A DNA stretch of 64,000 bases from the NCBI GenBank assembly GCA_051294905.1, contig CM119371.1, positions 41,666,001-41,730,000 of the forward strand, read 5' to 3'. Below, in pieces: positions 28,801 to 40,800 of the stretch. Numbering within the stretch: position 1 is the first letter of the stretch; every line of letters starts with the position of its first letter. The notes beneath the pieces are model-generated. The model was not told where the DNA came from. It saw only the letters and a list, made by a program, of their open reading frames with translations, and made no database searches. The position numbers and the translations under genes were made by a program. Source of the stretch: Botryllus schlosseri. Taxonomy: Eukaryota.

Positions 28801-31800
28801 GTCGTCATCATACCACCAGGGACCTTCGTAGTAAGCGGCACAATTCCCAGACCAACCATCGTGATCCGCGCCGGGCGTCGAGAATTGTTTATTGCTGCTG
28901 AACACGAGACCATCTCCCATCCCGGGATAACCGGATCTGTAGTCTGTCTGTAGTTGTCGGATTCAGGACCGACGCTGAAATGGCTGGAAAATCAACAAGC
29001 AGTTCTTATTTAATCATGATTGAGGCGTCCAAACAAAGCTTGCCTGTATTTTGCCCACACATGGATTCCTGCTTCATGATAGCCTGGTCTCTCTCTCGTC
29101 ATCATGTTGATTTCCAACGACATGTTTCCTCCTTTTGTCAACTGGTGCACTGTCTCGAGCCCTGGAAACAGATACGATAGAAGCCGTCGCTTTTATATCA
29201 CTACACTATCAATGGAGACTCTATTACTCAAACTCCGATTCAAATATAACGCAAAACCCCCCTAACCAAGCCAGAAATCTCCATCGCAATCCCCGAATCC
29301 GTTCTTGTAATCCTCCCAACCTCGGTCGAAATCAACATTTCCATATTTTCTTCGCTGGAAAACCTGAAACGGAATTCATAAAACTCACAAAGTCCAACAA
29401 ATCTCACGACTTTTCTTCTATAACTGTGGGTTCGAGGTTACGGCTCAAAATTTGAGGGTGTCTCGGCCTTATAATAAACTTTGACTTGTTAGCGATGTTG
29501 CCAAGGTTAAAAATTCTACTCACAGTCCATTTCTCGTGTGCAGCACACGTTTTCTTCATCTCTTCTGCTCTCAGTCGAAGCTCGTGGTTCGCAAGTCCGA
29601 ATGTCACAAGAAGCCACACCCTCGGCGACATTTTTAGTCACGCAGCACGCGTAAAAAAAGATGCGCCCAACTTCAACTGAGCCTTGCAAACAAATGTGTT
29701 GTTCACCAATTGCATATGTTCTACACAACTAACCCTTCCTTCAAGAGGACTTCCTGACAACGCTTAGGAAATGCGTTGGAACGCGTTTCACAGTAAGCTC
29801 AATCGGTCTAGCATCAGATCAGAAGGAAAGCTTCTTTGAAACGAAATTAGCGATGCCTCGATCTCGCTTGAATACAAATCAAAATGATCAGATCTTGCAG
29901 ACTTGCGGACAACTAGAAAATGATAGCTTTTCTGAATTAGATTAGAGCTACACAATGTTTTCCAAACTTGATTGGAATTAGAGCTACACAGATTTTTCTA
30001 AATTACTTTGAAATTACAGCTACGCAACTTTTTTTACAAATTAGATCAGAATTATACCTACACAACTTTTCCAAACTAGTTTAGAATTAGAGCTGCACAA
30101 TTTTTTTCTAATTAGATTAAAATTAGAGCTACATATTTTTTTCCAAATTAGATTGGACTTAGAGCTACACTTTGATTGCCATATTTTTGTTGCTCAAATC
30201 CCGACACTCTTTAGCGCCTACTAGCGGATTTTGCAATGAGATATGACTACGCACTCATTCCCTAATTAACCACTGATTCCGTAATTAACATTTGTGATGC
30301 CGTAATGAGCCGTCAATAAAAATATTAAAAACATCTGATATTGCGGACGCAAACACTTTTACTCAAGTAGTTATTGTGGAATATATTGTAATAAAATTTT
30401 GTAGAACTCGAACTAAATTGATGATTGTCATATTTTTCAATCCTAGCATACTCACATTTTTACTTCAAAGACGCTACTTCTACTTGAAAGTGAGTAGAAA
30501 ATTACAAAGTTACTCCTACTTTAGTAGCTGTAGTGCAGTGGTTCTCAACCTTTTTGACCCGCTGACTCTTCTCAAGCTCGTCTATATATATCTCAAGCTT
30601 TATATTAACGAAAAGTAGGTTTTTTGATTTCTCTCCAGGAGAGTGTAATACGGTATCAACAAAAAAGCAAGCACTGGTTTTCACTCAACCCACACTTAAT
30701 GAGAGCTTTGTCCTTGATAACAGGTTGACAATCTGTCAACGTGTGTGCCGAGCCGATTATGTTACTTAAAATTTCTGTGCTCGCGGACTCAAATGAGTCC
30801 GCGGACTCGGGGTTGAGAAACACTGCTGTAGTGGAATAAAAAAATTTTTAAATAGAATTAATTTTAATTCTTCGATAATTTTTCATTTTTACGATCTTTT
30901 ATATTTTTTGATAAATATTTTGATATTTTTCCAGAGTTAACGAGAATCTGGAAATTAAACAAAATTGATTATGAAACTTAGTATACGTGTAATTGAGTCC
31001 AAATTTATAAAAGTTACTTCTGCTTCGAATTGACTAGCTATAGTGAAATATAATTGAATAAATTTTGCAAAATTCTTCCAAATTGATAATTGCGATTAAT
31101 TTATTATTTTGATTCTTCCAAATATTTTTTATTTCTTATGATTTTTTTTATCATTTTTCAGAGTGAACGAGAATCTAGAAACGTCTCTCTTCCAAGAAAA
31201 ATTCGACGACTGGTCCAATATTCATCGAGAAACCGCAAAAGACGAAGCCGTTCTGCGGGAAAATAATCGAGGAAAAACGGAATCTGAAATCGGGGCGAAA
31301 ACGGAAATTGCTATCGATTTGAAACCTTGTGACGTCCTAAAGATGATGGAAAACAAACCAAAACATTTTCCTCTTATTGTTGATGGTATGATCTTTGATT
31401 AGGCTATTTAATTGATCTGCTAAAAAATAATAAAAAACCTTGAATACCACAATTCCAGTCTCAAGCTATTTTCAACCCAACAAGCTTATTTCAACCAAAT
31501 TTTCATGACCACAAGCTTAAGTCTCTGAATTTCAATTTTCAGGCTCACTAGAATATTTTAACTAAATATTTAGCCTCACAAGCTTGAATATCTGATTCGC
31601 GACCCAATATTTAGTATCACAAGCTTAAATGAATATCCACCCCAATTGAATTTTATCCCAATATTAAGTCTCACAAGTTATTTTCAACTCGACAAGCTCA
31701 TTTTCTAGATCACAAACTTAAATCTCTGAATTTCATCCCAATTTTCAGGCTTTCAAGGATAATTTCAACTGAATATTTAGGCTCACAAGCTTAAATCTCT

Positions 31801-34800
31801 GAATTTAAATTTTCAGGTGCACAAGGATATTTTAACTGAATATTTAGTCTCGCATGCACAAATCTTGTAATTTGAACCCAATTTCCAGGCTCACAAGCTA
31901 ACTTCAAGCATTTTTCAGGCTCATGAGCTTGGATCTCAGAATTTTAACCCAATTTTCAGGCTCACAAGCGTGTATCATCATTGCGCCGATAGCAGACGAT
32001 ATATATAAACGTAAAACTTTGGTAGCTTTCAGCCTTTCACACCCTATTTAATTTCCCCTTGTCAATTAATTTAACTTTATCAGTTACATTAATAACTAAT
32101 TAAGTCATATTCATTGGAAAGTGAAAATGAAGTTTTAACCTGATTTTCAGGCTCACAAGCTTCTTTTAACGCAATTTTCAGGCTTACGATTTTAAATATT
32201 TGAATTTAAACCAAATTTCCAGGCTCATAAGCTTAAATCTCTGGAGTTCATCCCAATTTTCTTGCTCCCAAAGATGTTTCAACCAAATTTTTAGGCTCAC
32301 AACATTAAACACAGACTTCCAACCCGATTTCCAGGCTTTGACGTCGCGTTGGGTGACGGTGAAATCGTCGACGGTGACGGCCGCGTTCTGGAAATCGTCA
32401 CGTCGGAAACGGAACTGTTTTTGGTGTCGGAAAACAGCGTCGAAAAAATGCGCGATTCCGTTTTGCGTCGAGGAAATTCGTACGTCGTCAAATGGAAATA
32501 TTCAATTTCAAGTCGAGGAAGGTTCGAAAACAGCAAAAGTGCGACCAACATCACAGATACAGGTATTTTTTTTTGATATCTCTATCTGCACATACTACTA
32601 CTGCAGTTTAAGGCAGGGGTGGGCAAGCTACGGCCCGCAACACCGTTCTGTGCGGCCCGCGAGAGTCTAAAGAAACTTTTTTTCAAATATTGATAAAATG
32701 CGTACTAAAAATCGAATTATTGCAGGGACTTGATTTACTTTTTCTGAGTATATTTCACCATGATATTTTTAAGACAGTGGTTCTCAAACTGGTGGGCACG
32801 TCCCCCTCGGGGGCGTGAAAGCATCTGAAAGGGGGCTCGAAGCTGAGATCGATCGAAAATTTATCGCGCTTTGCGCGATTCACTTCCAATTCAAAGTTAT
32901 TGCTCCGTATTTAGTCTGAATTAAATATTTAAAAATCTCTCTCATCCCCAGTTACCGTAACCTTCCATACCACCAAACTACCCGTTAGGTTTGCTAGCAT
33001 CCTGGTTGCGTTTTGTGATATGACGATAAGGGGGTGCGAAATATATCGCCATCATAGGGGTGGGGGGCGTGTTTGAGAATGTCTGATCTAAGGTAAATAC
33101 TTAATATCACAGCGGGATAGCTGCAGCGAGATTGACATAATTTGGATCACGAATGAGATTTCGAATTGGCAATTCCATTTTCAATTATTTCAGTGTTGTG
33201 CTTATAATAACGATTCGGGCGTGTCTTAGGTAGATTCGTTGTCTGTATGCATAGAATTGGGGTATTTATATTTTATCTACACATAGTAGAAGCGTGTTTG
33301 AAGCTAACATAGTTATGATGCTGTCAGCATTGTGTGTCCTGGGACTGAACCCAAAGTGGAATTAGTAAATCTATGTACAGATCGCTGTCAAAGATTTAAA
33401 TTTTAATCCGGTTGTAATAATCGGGCAAACCGACTTTCATCTCTATAGTTTGGACAAATTGGTCATTGAGGTCATCCAGCCTATCAAATCCCGCCACTAT
33501 ATAGGTTTCTGCCGCGCGTACGATATCATCAAAGCAATGTTTGGCTTGTTTTAAATAAGCCCATGTATTATATCCATGGCCTCGCTATATAATCAAATAT
33601 CAATATTGCGTTTTGGTTTATAATCTCAATTTTATATAGTGCGGCCCGCGAATGGATTCAGATGTTGAATGCTGCCCGCGAGCTCAAAAGTTTGCCCACC
33701 CCTGCTTTAAGGGATGTGTCAAGTCACAAGGCACTTTTATAGTTTTTTATAGTTCTTTGAAGTTAAAATGAATGTCTGTCATGGCCATCATATTCTTGAG
33801 TAATGCGCAATGAATTGAGTATTTAAAAAATAAAAAATCGCGACTCGAAACTGACTTCAAACTGCTGCAAGTTTAAGTAAGGTTGTAGCCTACAATGTAC
33901 ATGTACATCTGTCGTTTTGCTTTCCAAGACAGCTCAAATCTATTCCAACAGGGGTCGGCAAACACCGTTTTGTGCGGCCCGCAAAAGGCTCAAGAAACGT
34001 GATAAGTAGGGCGATTTTATTTTTACATAAAAAATGGTAGATTTTGCCCAAAAAAATCAAAATCTTGACAATTTTTACCTAACAATCTTAATTTTGATCA
34101 AATTTGACCTGACGTATGCAAATTAGGTGTTCTCCCACATGATGTTGGAATCGTACTATTTAACTTCATTTCTGGTTGGAACTGTCTGTCCTTATGAAGT
34201 AGTTTGGCCTGTATAAAACACTTTTTTGCCTTAAAAACTAACAAATTTCTTGCATTTTAACGAAGTATGGCCCTACGAAAAATTCCAGTTAATTTTTTTG
34301 TTTTTGTTTTGAGGTATTCATGGTGTTTGTCGACTATTATTGTCATTTACACCAGGCCGATATTCTTCATTTTTATTCCGTAACTGCCGGCCTATATTGA
34401 TATTGATAGAATGCCTATTAAAAATCTTACGTTAGTGTATTTCTTTCATTGCTTGCGCAATAGCCCGACCTCACGGCCAACACATTTTAAAAGGTTTCAA
34501 CTGCTAAACATCACAGAAAGTCAAAACAGGAATGGGTCGAACCACGAGTGTAATTTAACATTGGCCAACAAGCAAGTTTATTACTTTTCGTTCTGTTGAA
34601 TAGTTCATTCATATTAAAATCAACCAGATTATTTCCGGCAGACTTTTTAGGGGTGATCGTCAGCAACTAGTACAGAATTATACAGAACATTGGTCATCAA
34701 CAATGGTAGCACAAAATATGACGTCACCAGCATGAAATATCGAATAGGAGCGTTCAATGTGCTATTTTTAGATGGTACACGAACTCTTTTTGTTGACAAA

Positions 34801-37800
34801 GCCCTGGCTGGTGTATTTTGATAAAAGTCGACTACAAGGCCTTGTTCTTTTGAAACCTCTACCAGTTGCTGACGATTTCCCCTGACAAAATTTTTCGACG
34901 GCAATAACTCCGCTTCCACTGATTGGAATTGAACCAAATTTGGTGAATAGCGTTTGTATAGACAACCTAACACTTTCATGGGGTGAACGGAAAATTTTCA
35001 AATGTTTTTCATTCATTTTTGTATAATAAATAAAAACTTTCTTCTCCTGTAGCAATGCGGTTACTGGCTGGAATTGAACCAAATTTTGTGTGTAGGCTTA
35101 AATTAGGTAACCTAACAATTTTATCAAGTAGCCAGTACGATTTGAGAAAAAAATCATTTTTGATGACCCCTAACGTGCACGGTATCATCAAACCAATGAT
35201 TGGTTTGAATTAAATAAACATGCATATTATTTTCATATCCACATCAAATACCATAACAGTGCGTTATGGTTTATGATTCCAATCTTATATGATGCGCCCG
35301 CAAATGGATTATAATGTTGAACACGGCCTGCGAGCTAAAACGTTTGCTTGCTTCACCTCATTGCAACGCAAGCAGAGCTAGCCAATTTTCACATTTTTTA
35401 GGTTTTGGGTATAAACTTGGATTTCTAAAATTTGTATTTTGATTTTCATCGCTTCCTAATTTCTTGAGCCCGATTTTCATGTCGAGTTTCATGTTCCAGG
35501 TTCGTCCACTAGCGGTCGGGAGAGAATCATTTATTTCAGTTGGGTGGGATCGGATTCCGGGAGGAACGAGAAAGGTGCTTGCGCTATGATTGCTTCTACC
35601 ATGGACACAGGTTTGTTTGTGAACAACACACAATTTACAATGCTGCATTTCCACTACAAAGGTATATTCACTCATTAGTTAACAGTGGCTGTTTGGCAAT
35701 CAAAGCTATCCCGAAATTACTCTCTACTTTGCAACATGATCGCTCAAGCAAGTTTGAGTACAACTACAAGTAGATTGCAAGTAATATTGCTGTAAACCAA
35801 TCCCAAAACTATGTTACTTATTCTTTTTGAAACCTTCAACTCCAACTAGAACTAGAACTACCGGTACTGACTTTTGAAAATGCGCAACTAGAACTCCAAC
35901 TATTCACTTTTTAGTAGAGGTCGACCGGTTATCGACATGGCTGATATTTAGAGCTTTCCCGATTATCGATATCGGCTGATATTTTATATTTGAAAAAGAA
36001 TTCAAAAATTTCGGAAATTCAATGCTCCGTCAATCTCAAGAAATCGAAAAGCGACATATGACAGATTTACCCTTGGAGGACGAGATTAGCCGGGTGAGAA
36101 TGCAGAGAAACTATGCTTCCTGCATTGCAATCTACTTTTTCTGGACCGATCTGCAATTCTGTATCATGTTTTGCTTTTTGGGTTAACCCAAATTTCATCG
36201 AATGTGCACAATTAAGCAATAATTCTTCTCAATTTCAGTTTTCTCGTTTGTTGTTCCGCTTTCTGTGGCATGTACATCTTGCCTAATATATAATATTTTT
36301 GGTGAAATTGTTCTCTGCTCCTTCCATATTAATATCGGCCTATGATATCGGTATCGGCCCTGTAAGTGAGCCGATATATCGGTATCGGTATCGGCCTGTG
36401 AAAATCAATATCGGTCGACCTGTACTTTTTAGACTGCGAACGAAAATCAATCAATTTGTAGACTAACGAAAATCAGTCCACAACTAGAACTAGAATCACA
36501 TTTTCAAAATTATCAAATGTCACAACTAGGATTAGATCATACAAAGTATTTCATTGTATTTTCTTATCCATTAGACCAGTGGTCGGGAACCTATGGCTCG
36601 CGAGCCATATATGGCTCTTTTGCGTATAAGATATGGCTCTTTGCCAAATAATTATTTTTGTACTGAATTGATCAATATTGCAGGGACTTGTCAGTAAATT
36701 TTCTTCACGGCTAGAATAATCATTCTCTTCTCAGCATAAACATGTCTTTGAGAGGTAATGACAATGCAGTCTTCAGTTCAGGGGCTCGGACCCTCTCTCT
36801 CTTTTCAAAATCCTCAAATTTAAGTTACTGCCGCGCCGGCGACCAATATCACTTACGAATTTTATGCACTCGACTCGAAATCTTGGATTGTGAGATACGT
36901 TAATTAATGAAAGGGAATAGCAGACAAGGCGACGCCGATATCACAATCGCAACGCAGTTCTCAAATACACATTGTCTTCCTGATCTACGATGCGAAATGA
37001 GCTGCCGTGGACGTGACATTCACAATTACAAACTCGACTTACAAACAACGCCATTGCTATCTACGTTCTTGATTGGCAAGTAGCTCTGTCGTACCGGTGA
37101 TAGGCGTGTCGCAACGTTACATGTTACCGCTGAATACTTTGAGAATTGATAAGTCGATCAGTATTTAGATTTTCGGAATCGTTGTGACTGTTACATTCGA
37201 TTAATATCAGGTATAATAAAGCTAAGCCGAATAATATAATAAAGCCGAAGCTAATTACGATGAATTGCGTTATCAATAGTGAGGCTTGGCCGGTCTGTGC
37301 CTTTTACCTCTCGTTTCGCGCTTCATTATCGAACAATAAACATACAAATTGTGTGAAATTAGGAGTAAAATTTTCAGTGTCTAGTCATTCGTGAACATCA
37401 ATAGAAACTACCAATAGTAGGACACGTTCTCTTTGGAACTTAACTCCAAAATACAAGTAAGTTTTCACTTTCAAATTATTGAGCTCGATATCTGACTGCA
37501 TGTCTAGCAACTCAAGTTGAAAATTACTAGCTTTCTTGACTACTTTTACCACCTCTGAGTAATTGTGTATTTCATAATTTTCGTTCACTCATCCTGATGA
37601 CAGGTGAGGTACTTCCTCACTTGCCTCCTCTGGCCCCACGCCACTAATGTATCACAGCTTAGAGTATGCAGGCCTACATACTGCTGTAGGGACCATGCCT
37701 GGCTTCACCTACACATGTGATCATGGATTCTCGCATTTAAAAGGATCATCACGACAAACCTATACGTTCTCGTAACTCAGGTTCCGCATGCTCAAATAAA

Positions 37801-40800
37801 GCAACCAGCATGATAAGTACGAGTTTTTACAGAGAAAATGTGGCGCACACGACGAATCCCATGTAGTGAGTTTGAATTTAGCGCTACCATGACGTCACGA
37901 AATTTAAATTGTGACGTAACATTTGATTGGCATGTATGGCTCTTTCGGAGTTAAAATGGAAAATATAGGGCCAATATGGCTCTTCGGACAAAAAAGGTTC
38001 CCGACCGCTGCATTAGACCTTTGATTTTTTTATTGTAGTAATAACATGTTATACTGTACAATTTTTACTGTACAACGAGAATGGCGAATGTTACAATTAG
38101 GGCGATTTTTTTGTGCGTACAGTTGTCTAGCCTGTGATCCTGAATTGCCATGACTAGGGTGATATTTTTTGACCTAATAAACGGAAAATTTTGTCCTAAA
38201 AGATCAAAATTTTGACCTTTTTTACCTAAAAATCTTAATTTTGACCTTTTTTTTCTAAAAAATCTTAATTTTGACCAAATTTGACGAAGCGTATGCAAAT
38301 TAGTTGTTTTCCGACATATGTTAGAATTGTAGGCCTACTGCTTATCTTCATTTCTGGTTGGAACTGTTGATCCTTTCCATGTAGTTTAACTTTTTTGCTT
38401 AAAAAACTGACAAATTTTCATATGCAAAAACTGTATTTTAACGAAATCTAGCCCAATGAGGATTTCCAGTTGTTACATCACGCATTGTAGTGGAAAGAAA
38501 TTAAAAAAATTTGTGGTACAACGAAAGATGCTTTCCTATATTCTCGGGTAGAAAGTGTCTGTTCTTACTAAGTAGTAGGTGCCAAGAATGGAGAAAAAAC
38601 ATTCAACAGCAGCAGTTGTTGGCTGACCACATTGAAATTGTGCCCTATTTATAACATAATAATATGTGACGTATTCCCTACTCAGGAGAATGGCCCGTGA
38701 TGAGCGTGAGCGAGTCCACATCTCCTCTCGCGTTCGACAAATGTTTTGACGGCGCATTGACGATAGAAAACGGCAAGCACGGCTCCAGAAGAGGCAGCTA
38801 CACTTGGAAGATGTTCCGAGTGAAAGGAAATTGCGAAAAATCCGTGTCGTTGGTTGAGGTTCGATTAGCAAAGTATTTTGCCAAGATTTGTACAAGTTAT
38901 CGGGGTAAAATGATTGAAATTTGGGCCCCCGAAACCCCAACAAACATCAACAGCAGTATGTTTGTATCAGAAGGCTATTGGCAATTGAAATGAGCTTACA
39001 CGGTTGTGCTTCATTAGGGTTACCGCACATTGTCCTTTCTCTGGTTTTTATAAATGTTCTCTGAGGTCGCCTAAATGACCTCTTTTTGACAATTCGTCTT
39101 CCTTTAGAGCTTTTAGAGCTGAGATAGTGGACAAATTGAAGTGAAAATGGGCAGAAATGACGCTAAATCAGAATTTCGTGGTTCGAACGAAAGTGACGAC
39201 CATTTTTTAGTGAACCGACCACAATGTCGTGTATAATTGACCATTTTTTCTGGATTTCACTCCACTATTCTAAGATTGAAAATTTTGAAAAAGTGATTCC
39301 CGATTCCTATGCTTCAGGAATAAGGATTTTAAAAATGAATAACTTCCATAATGATTTCAAGTTCTTGCTCCCTCTAATTTCAACAAACGAGTCAAAAAGA
39401 GCTAACTTTGCCGTATCTTGATAACCGCTTATACTAGAAAGCCAGTTTTGGGTTTAAAATCTGCGGAAGCAACATGTTTCTATCTCACTTCCATAGAACT
39501 TTGTCTTGAAAATGTACAGAAAAAAAGTCACAAGCCAATTGTTGATTTTTAGACCGCCAATAAGTGTTGGTTGGTTGTGCCAAGTTTGCATGCCAATTAG
39601 CGTGTGACATTGCTGCTTTAACAACAAAATCTTCTTGGAAGGACTTATCCGTTGATTTTTAAAAGGTAGAAGTGATGATATCTACTCGAGTAAGCACATC
39701 ATACTCCAGAAATGTCCGAAATAAGCAAAGTTCAAAGCAGAATTGCCAACAAATTCTCGTTCTCAGGTCCCGTGCTGCTGCAAATCTCTCCGATCTTTCT
39801 GCTCGTTCGTTTTGCTCCAAAAACGGAATTGCGAAACCATTTTGTGGAAAGGAACTCGTACTTCAAACTCTCGGCTTGCTGACGTCGCGCTCCGGCGGGT
39901 TTGTCTCGCTCGATCGAATTCAGGCCGAGCTCAAAACGAGATTTGTTTTGTTCCAGTTGAACGATCGCGTGCAGGGCTTGAAAACGACGACAGAAGAAGA
40001 AGGAAAAGAGTTGGAACATTTCTGGGAAGGTCGGTGTCGAAATTTTCCCAAAAATCCAAAAATTTCGACAAAAATCCCGAAAATCGCAGCCGTCGGTCTG
40101 CAACGAGTCGAGCATTTTTCGAGTCTTTGGGAAAAACCCGAATTGGAGACGAGAGCGACTCGCGTTTGGGAATTCACCATCGACGCGAACACCTTCTCAG
40201 CGCTGGGAATTTCCCCTCGTGACGTCACAGACGTGCTGGCCGTGGAACAGAGTCAGATGACCCGAGGTCGGTGACCGGGAGTGACCTTTTGCTCTTATCC
40301 CCTTGGCAACCGGATCATGTTTTCAGGGTTATTTCTGGTCGACTGCACTTTCGGGACCTTCCTTTATCATCACCGCGACGGCGAGTGTGACGTCACAACG
40401 GCGTCCGCCAAGAGACGCGATGACGTCATAAAGCGACTCGCCGTGGAGACTGCCATCGACTTTTGCAAAAGTACTCGAAGTTTTGTCAAGTAGTTTTTAA
40501 CGGAAACCGTCGGCTACTTTTCAAGCAATTCCCTTGATTTAATAACTGATCAGAATTTAGTTCGTCCCCCAGAAAATTGTTGGCTGTGAAAATTAGTAAA
40601 TCCAATCCAAATCATTCGGGAGAAAATCTCCAATCCTAATCCATTGCCAATTCAATAAAATTTTACAAATCCCAATCTCTTTGCGAAATTTTTATTTCTG
40701 CTGATGTATAACGACCGTGTTCGGATCCACCTACGTCTACGTCTGCTGGAAATCTAAATGTTAATTGTCGGACGCTTTGTGAAATATCATTTTCTTCTCA

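Noticed and set aside
28618..28953. 111-aa plus-strand ORF
   Set aside because: Antisense shadow of the FReD exon.
39672..40274. 200-aa ORF and overlapping ORFs as independent genes
   Set aside because: Explained by supervillin exons separated by short introns.
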